Below, piece after piece: positions 5,618 through 14,892 of a DNA stretch of 37,523 nucleotides. How positions within the stretch are numbered: position 1 is the first letter of the stretch; each line of letters opens with the position of its first letter. Source of the DNA: a virus; the IMG/VR virus record IMGVR_UViG_3300018080_000344. One strand, written 5' to 3'. The translations under genes and the position numbers were made by a program. The notes under the pieces were generated by a model. That model did no database searches and had not been told where the DNA came from. It saw only the letters and a list, made by a program, of their open reading frames with translations.

Positions 5618-7942
5618 TTATTCTTCATTCATATCTACTGAACCCACTATTTTAGATAAATCTTTAAATAATTTTGAAGTTTTTTCTGGAGTCAAGTTTT
5701 TTTGACCTAATTCCTTAATAGTTGATCTAGCTTGTTTATTTTCTAGAATTTTATATAAATTAACTCTTTTTGCTCTCTTTAATGCAAATTCACCAACTAC
5801 AGCACCGACTGCTGTTTTAGGAGCAACGACATAGAACAAATATTTCATTTTACTATTCATATACTTTTCTAGAATTTTACTAAACATAGATTGATTTTTT
5901 ACAGATAACTTCATTAGATTATTAGACATGTTACTTCCGTAATTCTCTAAATTTTTAAAAAATTTAAGACCTTCTTCCCCTACTGTATCTTTTATTAATG
6001 TTTCAACTTCTGGATTTTTAAATATATCTTTAGCTTTTTCAAAATCTATTTGTTTGTTTTTACCAATTGTAGAACTAATAATATCTTCTAATGCCATTCT
6101 TTTTAAACTAGATAGCATTTTTTTCCCTTTTGGAGATCTTCCAAGCACATCTTTTACAAGATTATGACCAATTTTATTATTCATTAATTTTAAGGTATAG
6201 TCAGGCCTTGATCCTGTATCAAAAGACTGTTGTATGTCTTTTAGAATATTGCTTCTAGCTACAGATTGTTGTCCTTTACTTGTTAATGAATCACCATAGT
6301 CTAATATTTTATCTAATACTTTGCGCGAATCTGCATTTAAAAATTGTTGTGTTTCGTTTTTCATTTCTCTTGCTAAATCTTTACCTTTTGAAGATATGTT
6401 ATCTACTACAAGTCTATCTAAGAATGATTGAACCTTTTTATCTTCCCCAATAGCTGCTTGTAACTTCTCTAAATTACTTGGTTTAGAAAATACATTCATC
6501 ATGTCTTCTGCACTCTGTGTTTTTCTTAGCTTTTTCACTGCGTCATTATTAAAAATATTCTGTGTTTCTGCAAATTGATTCTCGGCAGCGTTAAATACAG
6601 TTCCTAAATTCGTTTTTTCTGATAATGCTGCGCTTATGTCTTTTTTAATAGCTTTACCTACTGGTTTAAGTAAATCTACTGGAGCAGGAATAATATCAGA
6701 TTTTTTTAACAATCTATTTATGCTTCGTTTAGTAGCTAAGAGTCTACTTGTTGGAATTTCTACTAATTCTCCTCTTGCCATGGGCTTAAGCAAGCTAACA
6801 ACTTCTGTAAGTGCTGATTTAACACCACTTTCTCCTGAAGCATTGATTAAACTTTGAGACAAATCTTCATATATACTTGAAGCTACTTCAAATGTATTTT
6901 TTGGTTGAACTGGAATATTTTTTGCTTCTGTTTCTACTATATCATATAATTTACCATAAGTCTCTTTGGCTGCATCAAAATTTGATTCCACATATTTTTG
7001 TAATGATTCCCAATTTTCTTTTTGAGTTTCTGCTGCTGGGCTAATGGTATCTAATAGCGCATTTTTATTACTTTTCACAATTTCATTTTCAATTTCTGAG
7101 GCATTAAAATCTTTAACACCTTCATATTTAGATTCAGATACTTTATTAGCAATATCTTCAAATTTACTCAGATTTTCTTCTGATACTTTAGCTGTTCTGT
7201 TTAATAAATCTTTTTGTGATAATTCTAAATCAGCAAGAGCTTGTGGTGTTTTTGATTCTGTAAGAAACTTTGGCATTCCTTCTGGAATTTTGTCAGATTT
7301 TAAAAACGTTTTACCATATTTTATAGCTTTTTCAACACCAGCCTTACCTTTTCTTAATAAAAATGGTGATAAAGCAAATAATGTTCCAGTTGCTATTTGA
7401 CCAGCAGCACCCTCGCCTTGTTCTGCTGCTATTTGTTCTCCTGTTCCAAATAAAGTTCCTGTTCCTAGAGTTTTTAGAAACTTCATTAAAGAACTACCGC
7501 CTGGAAATAAAGTTTCAAGTGTACCAAACTCTCCAGCAGTTTTAAATCCTTTTTGAATTATTCTTTCAGCTGGCGTTTGTGGCTCTAATTGAGGCATTGA
7601 TTTGCTTAAGAATTCCGATGCCTCAGGAGCAACTTCAGGTGATCTTCCCATTTGTTGTTGCCTTTCTTCTTCCGAAAGACCTTGTTCACTTAATTCTTGA
7701 TCTTTAGATTCATATTTAGCTTTATCAATTAAATTTTGAGCTTGTTTTTTAGCTCCCATTATACTTCCTTCTCCTCCACCAAGTGCACTTTCAATAGAGC
7801 TTAAACCTCCTACAATTGCTTCTTTTAAACCTCCGCCAAATGCTCTTTTAGGGCTAAATGAGGGTTCCGCCTCTGGTTTAAACTGCCAATCTCCGTTTGA
7901 TTGAGAAGTTTGCCCGCTCTCTTCTTTAAATTGCCAAGTCAT
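5618..7942 (-). CDS. Large internal virion or ejection-like protein (helical, K/E-rich)
   Basis: At 774 aa it is the last and largest of three consecutive coupled genes after the tail proteins, the position internal core proteins occupy in podoviruses. I see no enzymatic motif. Confidence 0.45.
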   Translation of the reverse strand: MTWQFKEESGQTSQSNGDWQFKPEAEPSFSPKRAFGGGLKEAIVGGLSSIESALGGGEGSIMGAKKQAQNLIDKAKYESKDQELSEQGLSEEERQQQMGRSPEVAPEASEFLSKSMPQLEPQTPAERIIQKGFKTAGEFGTLETLFPGGSSLMKFLKTLGTGTLFGTGEQIAAEQGEGAAGQIATGTLFALSPFLLRKGKAGVEKAIKYGKTFLKSDKIPEGMPKFLTESKTPQALADLELSQKDLLNRTAKVSEENLSKFEDIANKVSESKYEGVKDFNASEIENEIVKSNKNALLDTISPAAETQKENWESLQKYVESNFDAAKETYGKLYDIVETEAKNIPVQPKNTFEVASSIYEDLSQSLINASGESGVKSALTEVVSLLKPMARGELVEIPTSRLLATKRSINRLLKKSDIIPAPVDLLKPVGKAIKKDISAALSEKTNLGTVFNAAENQFAETQNIFNNDAVKKLRKTQSAEDMMNVFSKPSNLEKLQAAIGEDKKVQSFLDRLVVDNISSKGKDLAREMKNETQQFLNADSRKVLDKILDYGDSLTSKGQQSVARSNILKDIQQSFDTGSRPDYTLKLMNNKIGHNLVKDVLGRSPKGKKMLSSLKRMALEDIISSTIGKNKQIDFEKAKDIFKNPEVETLIKDTVGEEGLKFFKNLENYGSNMSNNLMKLSVKNQSMFSKILEKYMNSKMKYLFYVVAPKTAVGAVVGEFALKRAKRVNLYKILENKQARSTIKELGQKNLTPEKTSKLFKDLSKIVGSVDMNEE

Positions 7943-7943
7943 T

Positions 7944-8729
7944 TTATTTACCTTTGTTTTTTATCCATTTTCCATTAACTGATATAAGTTCTTCTCCAGT
8001 AACTTTATTTTCAATTATTTTACCTGGATTTGCTTTTGCCATTTCTAACGTTGGTTTTCGGAAAGACTGGTTAGGTTCAGCCTGTTCAGCCTGTTTTGGT
8101 AAATCCGTTCCTTGATCTACCATACCAAATTCTCTTTTAAGCCCTTTAATTTTACCTATAACAGTTCCTTTTGTGTCACTTGATTTTGGTACTAATGACA
8201 TTATATAGTCAAAACGTGGTTTAGCTAAATTACCTTTGTTAACAAGTGGCATTAAAGCTGATTCAATAGAAGCACCTAAGGTATTAAATTCAGCCACATC
8301 TTCTCTTCCTTTATTGAATAACCTAGCAGGATTAGCCCCTAAATACCCTAATCCACTGCCTGTTTTTAGCAATTCATCATATCTTCCAAATACACTCCTT
8401 AATCTGTTTTTTGTATCAGTTGGAATTAATTCTTTTTCGGCGTTTGGTTGTGCTTTTGTTAAATTTGCATACATATTTCCATATTCTACTGCTTGTTTAA
8501 AAGGTACGCCACTAGCTATAGCTTGTGTTAAAGCTCCTTGATATTCTTGAGGTGAAGGGCTTTCTCCTAATTGATTAAAAGCTTCTTGTAAGACTGTGCC
8601 GTAACCTCTTTCTCTTTTTTGTTGTAATGCTTGAGCTAATGCTCCTGTCGGTCCTAATGCTGTAGTTAAGCCTGCTCCAGCTTGCTGTATTCCTTGGGCT
8701 AACCCACTTGTGTCTGGTAATATACTCAT
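7944..8729 (-). CDS. Internal virion-like protein
   Basis: TAAAATG coupling on both sides. It has a G/A/Q-rich N-terminus. The call rests on position. Confidence 0.4.
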   Translation of the reverse strand: MSILPDTSGLAQGIQQAGAGLTTALGPTGALAQALQQKRERGYGTVLQEAFNQLGESPSPQEYQGALTQAIASGVPFKQAVEYGNMYANLTKAQPNAEKELIPTDTKNRLRSVFGRYDELLKTGSGLGYLGANPARLFNKGREDVAEFNTLGASIESALMPLVNKGNLAKPRFDYIMSLVPKSSDTKGTVIGKIKGLKREFGMVDQGTDLPKQAEQAEPNQSFRKPTLEMAKANPGKIIENKVTGEELISVNGKWIKNKGK

Positions 8730-8730
8730 T

Positions 8731-9222
8731 TTATCCTCCTCTGAATAAACTTCCTAATGGTCCACTTAAAGCTGCTCCACCTAAATTTCCAGCTGCTCCA
8801 AGCAAAGGACCTAATAATCCTTGTTGTTGAAGAAGTGGAAATGTCTGTTGTCCTGATAGTTGTCCTAGATTTCCTAAAGCACCTATTTGCCTATTTTGTC
8901 CTATATTATATTGATTCATTAACTGAGAACCTAAGGCTGTGCTTAAATCTGTAGCACTCTGCGCTAAGGCTTGGTTTAATGCCGAAGATCCTTTTTCATC
9001 TCCTAAATAAGCTTCTTTTATCCCTGGTACTATCTGTCTTTGAAGCATCTGTGTTGCTGGATCAACAAACGACTGCTGAAACATCTGTTGAAACTGACTC
9101 GGATCCATTGGTTGTCCCAACTGTCCCAGTCCCCCCATCGCACTGCTCAGGTAACTTTGTTGCTCTGGTGTCAACATTGACGGCCCCTGTGAGTATCCTC
9201 CCATCATTGCTGTTTTTCCCAT
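8731..9222 (-). CDS. Gly/Gln-rich internal virion-like protein
   Basis: Strong SD (AAAGGAGG). The composition is low-complexity G, Q and L. Confidence 0.4.
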   Translation of the reverse strand: MGKTAMMGGYSQGPSMLTPEQQSYLSSAMGGLGQLGQPMDPSQFQQMFQQSFVDPATQMLQRQIVPGIKEAYLGDEKGSSALNQALAQSATDLSTALGSQLMNQYNIGQNRQIGALGNLGQLSGQQTFPLLQQQGLLGPLLGAAGNLGGAALSGPLGSLFRGG

Positions 9223-9685
9223 CTTTTACCTCCTTTTTTGGATCGTATTCCATTAATATAGACTTAGACCTAACAAATCCATGCCGTTCAGAATGGCGAG
9301 GATAATTTGTGATCCAATAAATCTTATTAAGTTTTCCTTTTATTCTTATCTTTTTTATGTGGTCTGCTAGCATTTTTACAGCTTGGCCTTTTCCCCAGTA
9401 TTCTTTATCCATACTAAACGTTTGGATTAATATATCTTTTGATAGTGGATCTACTCCAAACCACAAAACTCCTTTCACTTGGTTTTCTTTGTCTGCTAAA
9501 ACATACAAGTGATTAAATGGATTTAAAACAACTCCATTTTCTCCCTGTATCATGCAATTCAGTTGTTGATATTTGAAAAACTCTTCTACGGAGTAATCTC
9601 TATCTCTAACTTGTTCTATAAGATAATGAGGAACGTGGTCAGGTGTAAAGACCCGCACAAATCTCAATTCATCTATTTTTTTCAT
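9062..9685 (-). CDS. GNAT-family N-acetyltransferase-like protein
   Basis: ...IQTFSMDKEYWGKGQAVKMLADHI... fits a GNAT motif A-like pattern (xxGxGxA). I prefer ATG 9685 (GGAG SD, TAAAATG junction) over 9697. The 3' 161 nt overlap the next gene. Confidence 0.55.
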   Translation of the reverse strand: MKKIDELRFVRVFTPDHVPHYLIEQVRDRDYSVEEFFKYQQLNCMIQGENGVVLNPFNHLYVLADKENQVKGVLWFGVDPLSKDILIQTFSMDKEYWGKGQAVKMLADHIKKIRIKGKLNKIYWITNYPRHSERHGFVRSKSILMEYDPKKEVKDGKNSNDGRILTGAVNVDTRATKLPEQCDGGTGTVGTTNGSESVSTDVSAVVC

Positions 9686-9686
9686 T

Positions 9687-10229
9687 TTATTCTCCATCTA
9701 ACCCAATATATCGGAGATGGATAATTAAGCGACCAGATGCAGGAACTGCTAAATTTGTTGTAGCTAATCCTGATCCTATAGACCAAATCTCACCTCTGTA
9801 TGTATTAGGTATTGCGTTTATAACTAAATTACTGCCTGCAAAAGCTATATTTGATGGCTGTACTGTTCCTACAAAAGGCATACCATCGCTATTTGCTACC
9901 TTATATGGCAATTCTAAATAAATATTTCCTGTAGCTGTTGTAGCACTCCAAATAATGTCTGCAAAAACCTCTGTATAGATTCCTTGTCTAATAGACCATC
10001 CTACTTGTTGAGTATATGTAAATGTTCCTGCAACTGATCCATTTAATGTTGGTAGCCATTGTGACTGATCAATATCACCGCTGTTTCTTATGTATCCATT
10101 GATATTTTCAGTTAAGTTTTCATACATAGATTGAAGTTCAAATACTAAATCACGAATATAACGATCTAAATCCTCTTTATCTCCATAATCTGCTCTTAAA
10201 GGAAGCGTTATTGTCGTAGGTAAACTCAT
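9687..10229 (-). CDS. Virion/tail-associated protein
   Basis: Lies within the coupled tail-gene run. I recognise no motif. Confidence 0.4.
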   Translation of the reverse strand: MSLPTTITLPLRADYGDKEDLDRYIRDLVFELQSMYENLTENINGYIRNSGDIDQSQWLPTLNGSVAGTFTYTQQVGWSIRQGIYTEVFADIIWSATTATGNIYLELPYKVANSDGMPFVGTVQPSNIAFAGSNLVINAIPNTYRGEIWSIGSGLATTNLAVPASGRLIIHLRYIGLDGE

Positions 10230-12391
10230 TAGTTGGCCTCTCTTTTTCCAAGTGGTCTGAACGATGGTTGAATACCATGTATTCTAAAAGGAGTATTTGC
10301 ACCATTTGAGCTAAATTTAATTTTATGTTGAAATCCAATTGCTCCAGAAAAAAATCTTTTCCAAGTTTTAGTTTTATAAAATATCTTTCTATATATTCCA
10401 CCACCTGTTGTAAAAGCATCATATGAAGTTCCGTCTATGCCATCTAATGTAAAATTATTAGAATCAACAATAGTTACTATATAAGCTTCAGAGGCTTCTC
10501 CACTATTAATGTCTTCCATTCCTTCTACACCGTAGATATAGACTTCATCTCCTGTCGATAAACCATGATCAGGCGCTTCTACGCTAACAGGATTAGTTTG
10601 AGTAGCGCTATTAATACTTGTAATAAATCTTAAATTAGGTAAAAAGTCCATTTCTTGTATTTTATATGGAGTCTCGTCAGTATCTTTATAGAATTCAACT
10701 TCACCTTTTGTTTTAACATCTGTATCTAAAAAAATATCGATATATAGAAGGCGAGCTTCTCTATTTTGTTCTTTATAAGGATTCCAAGCAGCTGTTAAAA
10801 AAACAGACTCAATAGATTCTCCATTATCATCTGCACCACGTTCCAATTCATAAATCGACCCATATATGTCTCCCCCTAAAAAGACTTCTTGGTTATCTAA
10901 GAAAAAATAAGAGAGTAAGCTCTCATCACTATATTCATCTAAAGATTCATTTAAATTATTCTCAATAGTAAAATCATCAAGAGCATAATCAATTGACAAA
11001 TTACCATACCCTAAACAGTTCATATCAATAGTATATGTTGAATAAGCTCCAGAATCATCGTCATAGATCAAAGCTGCTTCGTTTTCGTCTCCAATGGTTT
11101 CTTTTTTATTGAATAGCGTCCACCATCTTTTTTCATTATAGCTTCTTTCACAAAACACTTTTTTAAATTGATTTATATTGATCATATCTGTAGTAAAATC
11201 ACTTATTCTTTCATCTACTCTTCTAGTCTCTACTCCATCCGTTGCTGTTATTCCACGAACTCCTAATGCTGTTGCATATCTATCATATCCAACTGTAGCC
11301 ATTTTGCCTTCGCAAGCTCTAAAATTATTTATCTTTTGCCATTTAAACGCCCTATTTGGATCAGAAGTTGGGATCAATGTCCAAACTGAATTTGTAAAGA
11401 AAACTATAATTTGATTTTGGATTGCTCTTGCTGATATAATATGATCTCCAGTTGCGGCGTCTGTATAACCTCCACCGCCTGCAGTTACATCATCCCAATT
11501 ACTGGGATTTTGCTTAGAACACCAACGAGCTCTCTGAGGAAATGTTGATGTAGACGCTGTTCCAGCATCATATTCATATGTAAATAAGACTATTAGTCTT
11601 TGTCCCAGTGAAAATATAAATTTAGCTCCATCTAATATTCTTTGCGTAGCAGGTGCTGGTGGACTTAAAACTGGATTAAAAGGGGTAGTTATTGCAGGTG
11701 TTGCATCGTCAAAATATCTAATTCCGTCCAATGTTGCAGCTCCACTAGGGGTCCCAGCTATTCCATTTGTAAAATAAAGTCTATTAGCTAAATCCTCCGC
11801 CTGCCAATTAGCATCCCATATAAAATCATTCTCTCCAGAGCTGAAAATATCAGCTACATCTAATTGGACAAAAGTATTGGTAACCGTGCTATATCTATAA
11901 GCTCTTCTTGCGTTATAAGCCAATGTAACTTTAGCTCCACTTCCATCAATATACCTAGATAAACCCATTACTCTATCTGTAGTAGGATCTGTTAGAGCAC
12001 AAGTACCACCAACAGTATAAGCGCTAAGACTAGTAGTATCTATTCCGATAGAAAAAGTCGTTGGAGACAATACAGTTATTTCAAATATTTTATTATTAAT
12101 CTCGGTCATGCCCCCAACGGAAGCTATATATATTTTATCTCCTGTAGAATATCCATGTGCTATGCCTGTTGTCACAACCCCAGGATTCGCTTGAGATACA
12201 CCAGTAATAGCAACAGTCCCACTCATAGATTCTAAATCAGCAAACTTCTTATATCCTTCTCTTTTTTGTAAATAACCATGTTTAATATGAATGTTGTCTA
12301 AAGTACTAAAAGAATCAATTGGAGCGTTCCAAGGTTCCTGATCAGTATCTAACCCTGTACGAAAGGGTGCTATAAGTAGAGAATCTGGCAT
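10229..12391 (-). CDS. Large tail protein (nozzle / tail-tubular-B-like by size and position) carrying two ANPGVVT beta-barrel modules
   Basis: 720 aa with an AAGGAG SD. The modules are at residues about 61-133 and about 590-669. Confidence 0.4.
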   Translation of the reverse strand: MPDSLLIAPFRTGLDTDQEPWNAPIDSFSTLDNIHIKHGYLQKREGYKKFADLESMSGTVAITGVSQANPGVVTTGIAHGYSTGDKIYIASVGGMTEINNKIFEITVLSPTTFSIGIDTTSLSAYTVGGTCALTDPTTDRVMGLSRYIDGSGAKVTLAYNARRAYRYSTVTNTFVQLDVADIFSSGENDFIWDANWQAEDLANRLYFTNGIAGTPSGAATLDGIRYFDDATPAITTPFNPVLSPPAPATQRILDGAKFIFSLGQRLIVLFTYEYDAGTASTSTFPQRARWCSKQNPSNWDDVTAGGGGYTDAATGDHIISARAIQNQIIVFFTNSVWTLIPTSDPNRAFKWQKINNFRACEGKMATVGYDRYATALGVRGITATDGVETRRVDERISDFTTDMININQFKKVFCERSYNEKRWWTLFNKKETIGDENEAALIYDDDSGAYSTYTIDMNCLGYGNLSIDYALDDFTIENNLNESLDEYSDESLLSYFFLDNQEVFLGGDIYGSIYELERGADDNGESIESVFLTAAWNPYKEQNREARLLYIDIFLDTDVKTKGEVEFYKDTDETPYKIQEMDFLPNLRFITSINSATQTNPVSVEAPDHGLSTGDEVYIYGVEGMEDINSGEASEAYIVTIVDSNNFTLDGIDGTSYDAFTTGGGIYRKIFYKTKTWKRFFSGAIGFQHKIKFSSNGANTPFRIHGIQPSFRPLGKREAN

Positions 12392-12400
12392 CTTATCTCC

Positions 12401-12931
12401 TTATTTTCCTATTGCAATAAATTTAATATTAGGACTGCCTGAACTCGCTTTTGCATCAAAACCAGTTGTAGTTAAGTTTTGAAATCCTATAGAAGTTGTA
12501 GATCCATTAGGGTTCCCTGTAATTGAAAAACCAGCAGTTGAAAATGTAAATCCCCCAGGAAAGGCATATGTAGCCCAAGAGCTTGTTATAGATAGTCCAC
12601 CCCAAATAAAAATTAATCCATTTGGCAGTATAAGTCTTCCATTTGCAGCTTGAGTAGAACTACCACCTGTTAATTTTGTAATTGTAGAAGATGGATCTAT
12701 TACATAGGCTTGTGGATTTCCACTTGCGTCCTGTTTAGAATACATTATTACTGAATCTGCTAGTGCAGTTGGGTTGTTTGCTATTCCTAAAGCTGTCCTA
12801 TCAGCTAAATTTAAAGCTTCAGGCTTAAATGAAGAATCTGCAGATTCAATAGCATCCCAGTTCGGTCTAATTACTTCTCCAAGCTCTCTTATCTTCTCTG
12901 AATTAGTTGGTTTTGCCTTATTCCAAGCCAT
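12401..12931 (-). CDS. Short fibre-like protein with a gp53-like C-terminal domain
   Basis: ...GRLILPNGLIFIWGG... resembles the LP-x-G-L-I-x-Q-W-G signature of gp53-like fibre tips. Confidence 0.4.
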   Translation of the reverse strand: MAWNKAKPTNSEKIRELGEVIRPNWDAIESADSSFKPEALNLADRTALGIANNPTALADSVIMYSKQDASGNPQAYVIDPSSTITKLTGGSSTQAANGRLILPNGLIFIWGGLSITSSWATYAFPGGFTFSTAGFSITGNPNGSTTSIGFQNLTTTGFDAKASSGSPNIKFIAIGK

Positions 12932-12948
12932 AATTCCCTCTTTGTTTG

Positions 12949-13845
12949 TTAAAAGTTAGGCATTGCCCTTGTATTTAATAAGTCTTGTTCTGTTCTTGTT
13001 AATATATAATTAACTTGCTCTTTATATAAAATTGTAGTCTCTGAATAAGCATCATTTTCTCCATAATCTGAAAAAATATCTCTTGCTGCACCATATGCTA
13101 TGCAAGGACCCCATTCGTTTAAATCAGGTGTATCTGTAGCTTCTGTTAAAGCTGTTACCACCTGATAAGCTCTCATTTTAATTATATAAACTTGGTCAGG
13201 AACAGGAAATAATTGAAACTGATTATTGAAATATAAAATTGATTGAGGTCTATTTGCTCTGAATTGAACATAATTTAAATATATATTTTGACCATCTGCA
13301 GGAGCTACGTTAAAAGTAACACTAACCACTCCAGTACTTAAATTTATTGTTGCAGATCCACCCAAAGAACCAGCTATAACTATATCTGAATCAGTCCATG
13401 TAGTTGTTGTATCTTCAAAAGTCTCAGTATTATCGGTAATTGTCAATGTAGACGGGTATATTGGAAAGCTTTGGACTGTTGTTGTAAATGTAATAGTAGC
13501 CCCATCTCCCGTCCACGGTGTTGTAAAAGTATACTGAAGAGGATTTTCATTTTCAAATTTAGCACTATCTTGGTACCATAGCATTGATAAATTATTTACT
13601 GTAGCTGGCGGTTCATAATTAGTATAAGTTATATCAGGAGCATTATAAGTTGGTTGATTTTCACTTGTCTTAAACTCATAATAAGTATGTTTTTCTTCTA
13701 ATTTAACTTCTGCTGGAAAAGTATATAAATAATATCTATTGATATACTCATCTAATTGAGCATTAGATAAATCTTCTTGGCTAAATCTGCCAGTCACTTG
13801 TCTAACTTTATCTCGTATTGCTGAAAGGTTCCAAGTATTAGCCAT
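12949..13845 (-). CDS. Head-tail adaptor or tail-tubular-A-like protein (positional call)
   Basis: 298 aa, lying between the capsid-proximal genes and the large tail protein. Confidence 0.3.
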   Translation of the reverse strand: MANTWNLSAIRDKVRQVTGRFSQEDLSNAQLDEYINRYYLYTFPAEVKLEEKHTYYEFKTSENQPTYNAPDITYTNYEPPATVNNLSMLWYQDSAKFENENPLQYTFTTPWTGDGATITFTTTVQSFPIYPSTLTITDNTETFEDTTTTWTDSDIVIAGSLGGSATINLSTGVVSVTFNVAPADGQNIYLNYVQFRANRPQSILYFNNQFQLFPVPDQVYIIKMRAYQVVTALTEATDTPDLNEWGPCIAYGAARDIFSDYGENDAYSETTILYKEQVNYILTRTEQDLLNTRAMPNF

Positions 13846-13846
13846 C

Positions 13847-14206
13847 TTATCCTCCGTATACCTGTCTCATCTGAAATCTAGGATTATTTCCTATTAATTT
13901 TTTCTCTAGTCCACCCTGTCCATTAGGACGCCAATCCCAAATTGGAGTAGTTCTTGACTCAATCCACTGAGCTATAAACCTTGGTAGTTTATATTTACCT
14001 CCATGGAAAAGAGTAAAATTATGGTTTTTCTTTGCATTTCCATAAGGGAAACGGTGGGAAAGACCAGGTTCTTCTATGTTCATAAACTCAAATTCACAGA
14101 TTTCGCGAAGGAATTTTTCTTCCTTTTCATTCACAGGCTGCTTACCTATAATAGGCAGCTTTTGAAGCTCATCTAGTTTTACTTTTTGATGTTTTTCTTG
14201 ACTCAT
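13847..14206 (-). CDS. Hypothetical virion-module protein
   Basis: ORF with a GAGGA SD. Confidence 0.5.
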   Translation of the reverse strand: MSQEKHQKVKLDELQKLPIIGKQPVNEKEEKFLREICEFEFMNIEEPGLSHRFPYGNAKKNHNFTLFHGGKYKLPRFIAQWIESRTTPIWDWRPNGQGGLEKKLIGNNPRFQMRQVYGG

Positions 14207-14223
14207 ATTTTTCCTCGTTATTT

Positions 14224-14258
14224 AAAAGGGAGAGAGAAACTAAGTCTCTCAACCCTTT
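14224..14258 (-). terminator. Strong hairpin (attenuator or terminator) after the capsid and decoration genes
   Basis: Minus sense reads AAAGGG-UU-GAGAGA-CUUAGUU-UCUCUC-U-CCCUUUU. That gives 6+6 bp with a small internal loop and only a short U run. Confidence 0.45.
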
Positions 14259-14282
14259 ATATTTCTATTTAATAGTATTAGA

Positions 14283-14876
14283 TTATACTACTACATTTTC
14301 TCCATGTACTACAGCAACCATTACAGCATTGTTTCCACCAACAACACCTGTGCCTAAAGTAATACCTTGGATAGCTTGGTTTTCTACTGGTATAGCTTTA
14401 CCGTCTGTATCAGATACTCTTGATACTTTACCACCAGATACATAAACGCTATATAAGCTTGTATCTTCAACTAAAGTAATAGTAGTAGCAGTTACAGAAG
14501 CAACAGTAAATGTGCCATTAAGGCTTGTTGCTGTATCATCATCTGCAAGTTCTGATACTTTAATAGTATCGCCAGCTGCAAAACCAAATGTAGCTGTATC
14601 ATTTACAGTAATTACCCCAGGAGCAGCATTAGTAAAGCCACTGATTGTAGCTGCTACTGCTGTTGATTGAGATAATGGTGTAAATCCGTTAGATGTAGTA
14701 ACAGCACCTGTTGATACTAGTACATAATAGGCATCAGCCATTGATGAATTCCAATACCATTGATTACCGTTTGTTACATCTGTTACTGTTATTTCACCTA
14801 CTGTGAAACCGATAGACTCATTTCTAGCAACTGCTGCTGCTGGATTGGTCCATCCAAATACTTTCATCTGAGCCAT
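14283..14876 (-). CDS. Putative capsid decoration or head-fibre protein with one ANPGVVT-type module
   Basis: Strong SD (AGGAGG). It follows the capsid gene and is followed by the hairpin. The module is ISGFTNAAPGVITVND...GDTIKVSEL.... Confidence 0.4.
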   Translation of the reverse strand: MAQMKVFGWTNPAAAVARNESIGFTVGEITVTDVTNGNQWYWNSSMADAYYVLVSTGAVTTSNGFTPLSQSTAVAATISGFTNAAPGVITVNDTATFGFAAGDTIKVSELADDDTATSLNGTFTVASVTATTITLVEDTSLYSVYVSGGKVSRVSDTDGKAIPVENQAIQGITLGTGVVGGNNAVMVAVVHGENVVV

Positions 14877-14892
14877 AATTTTAACCTCCTAT

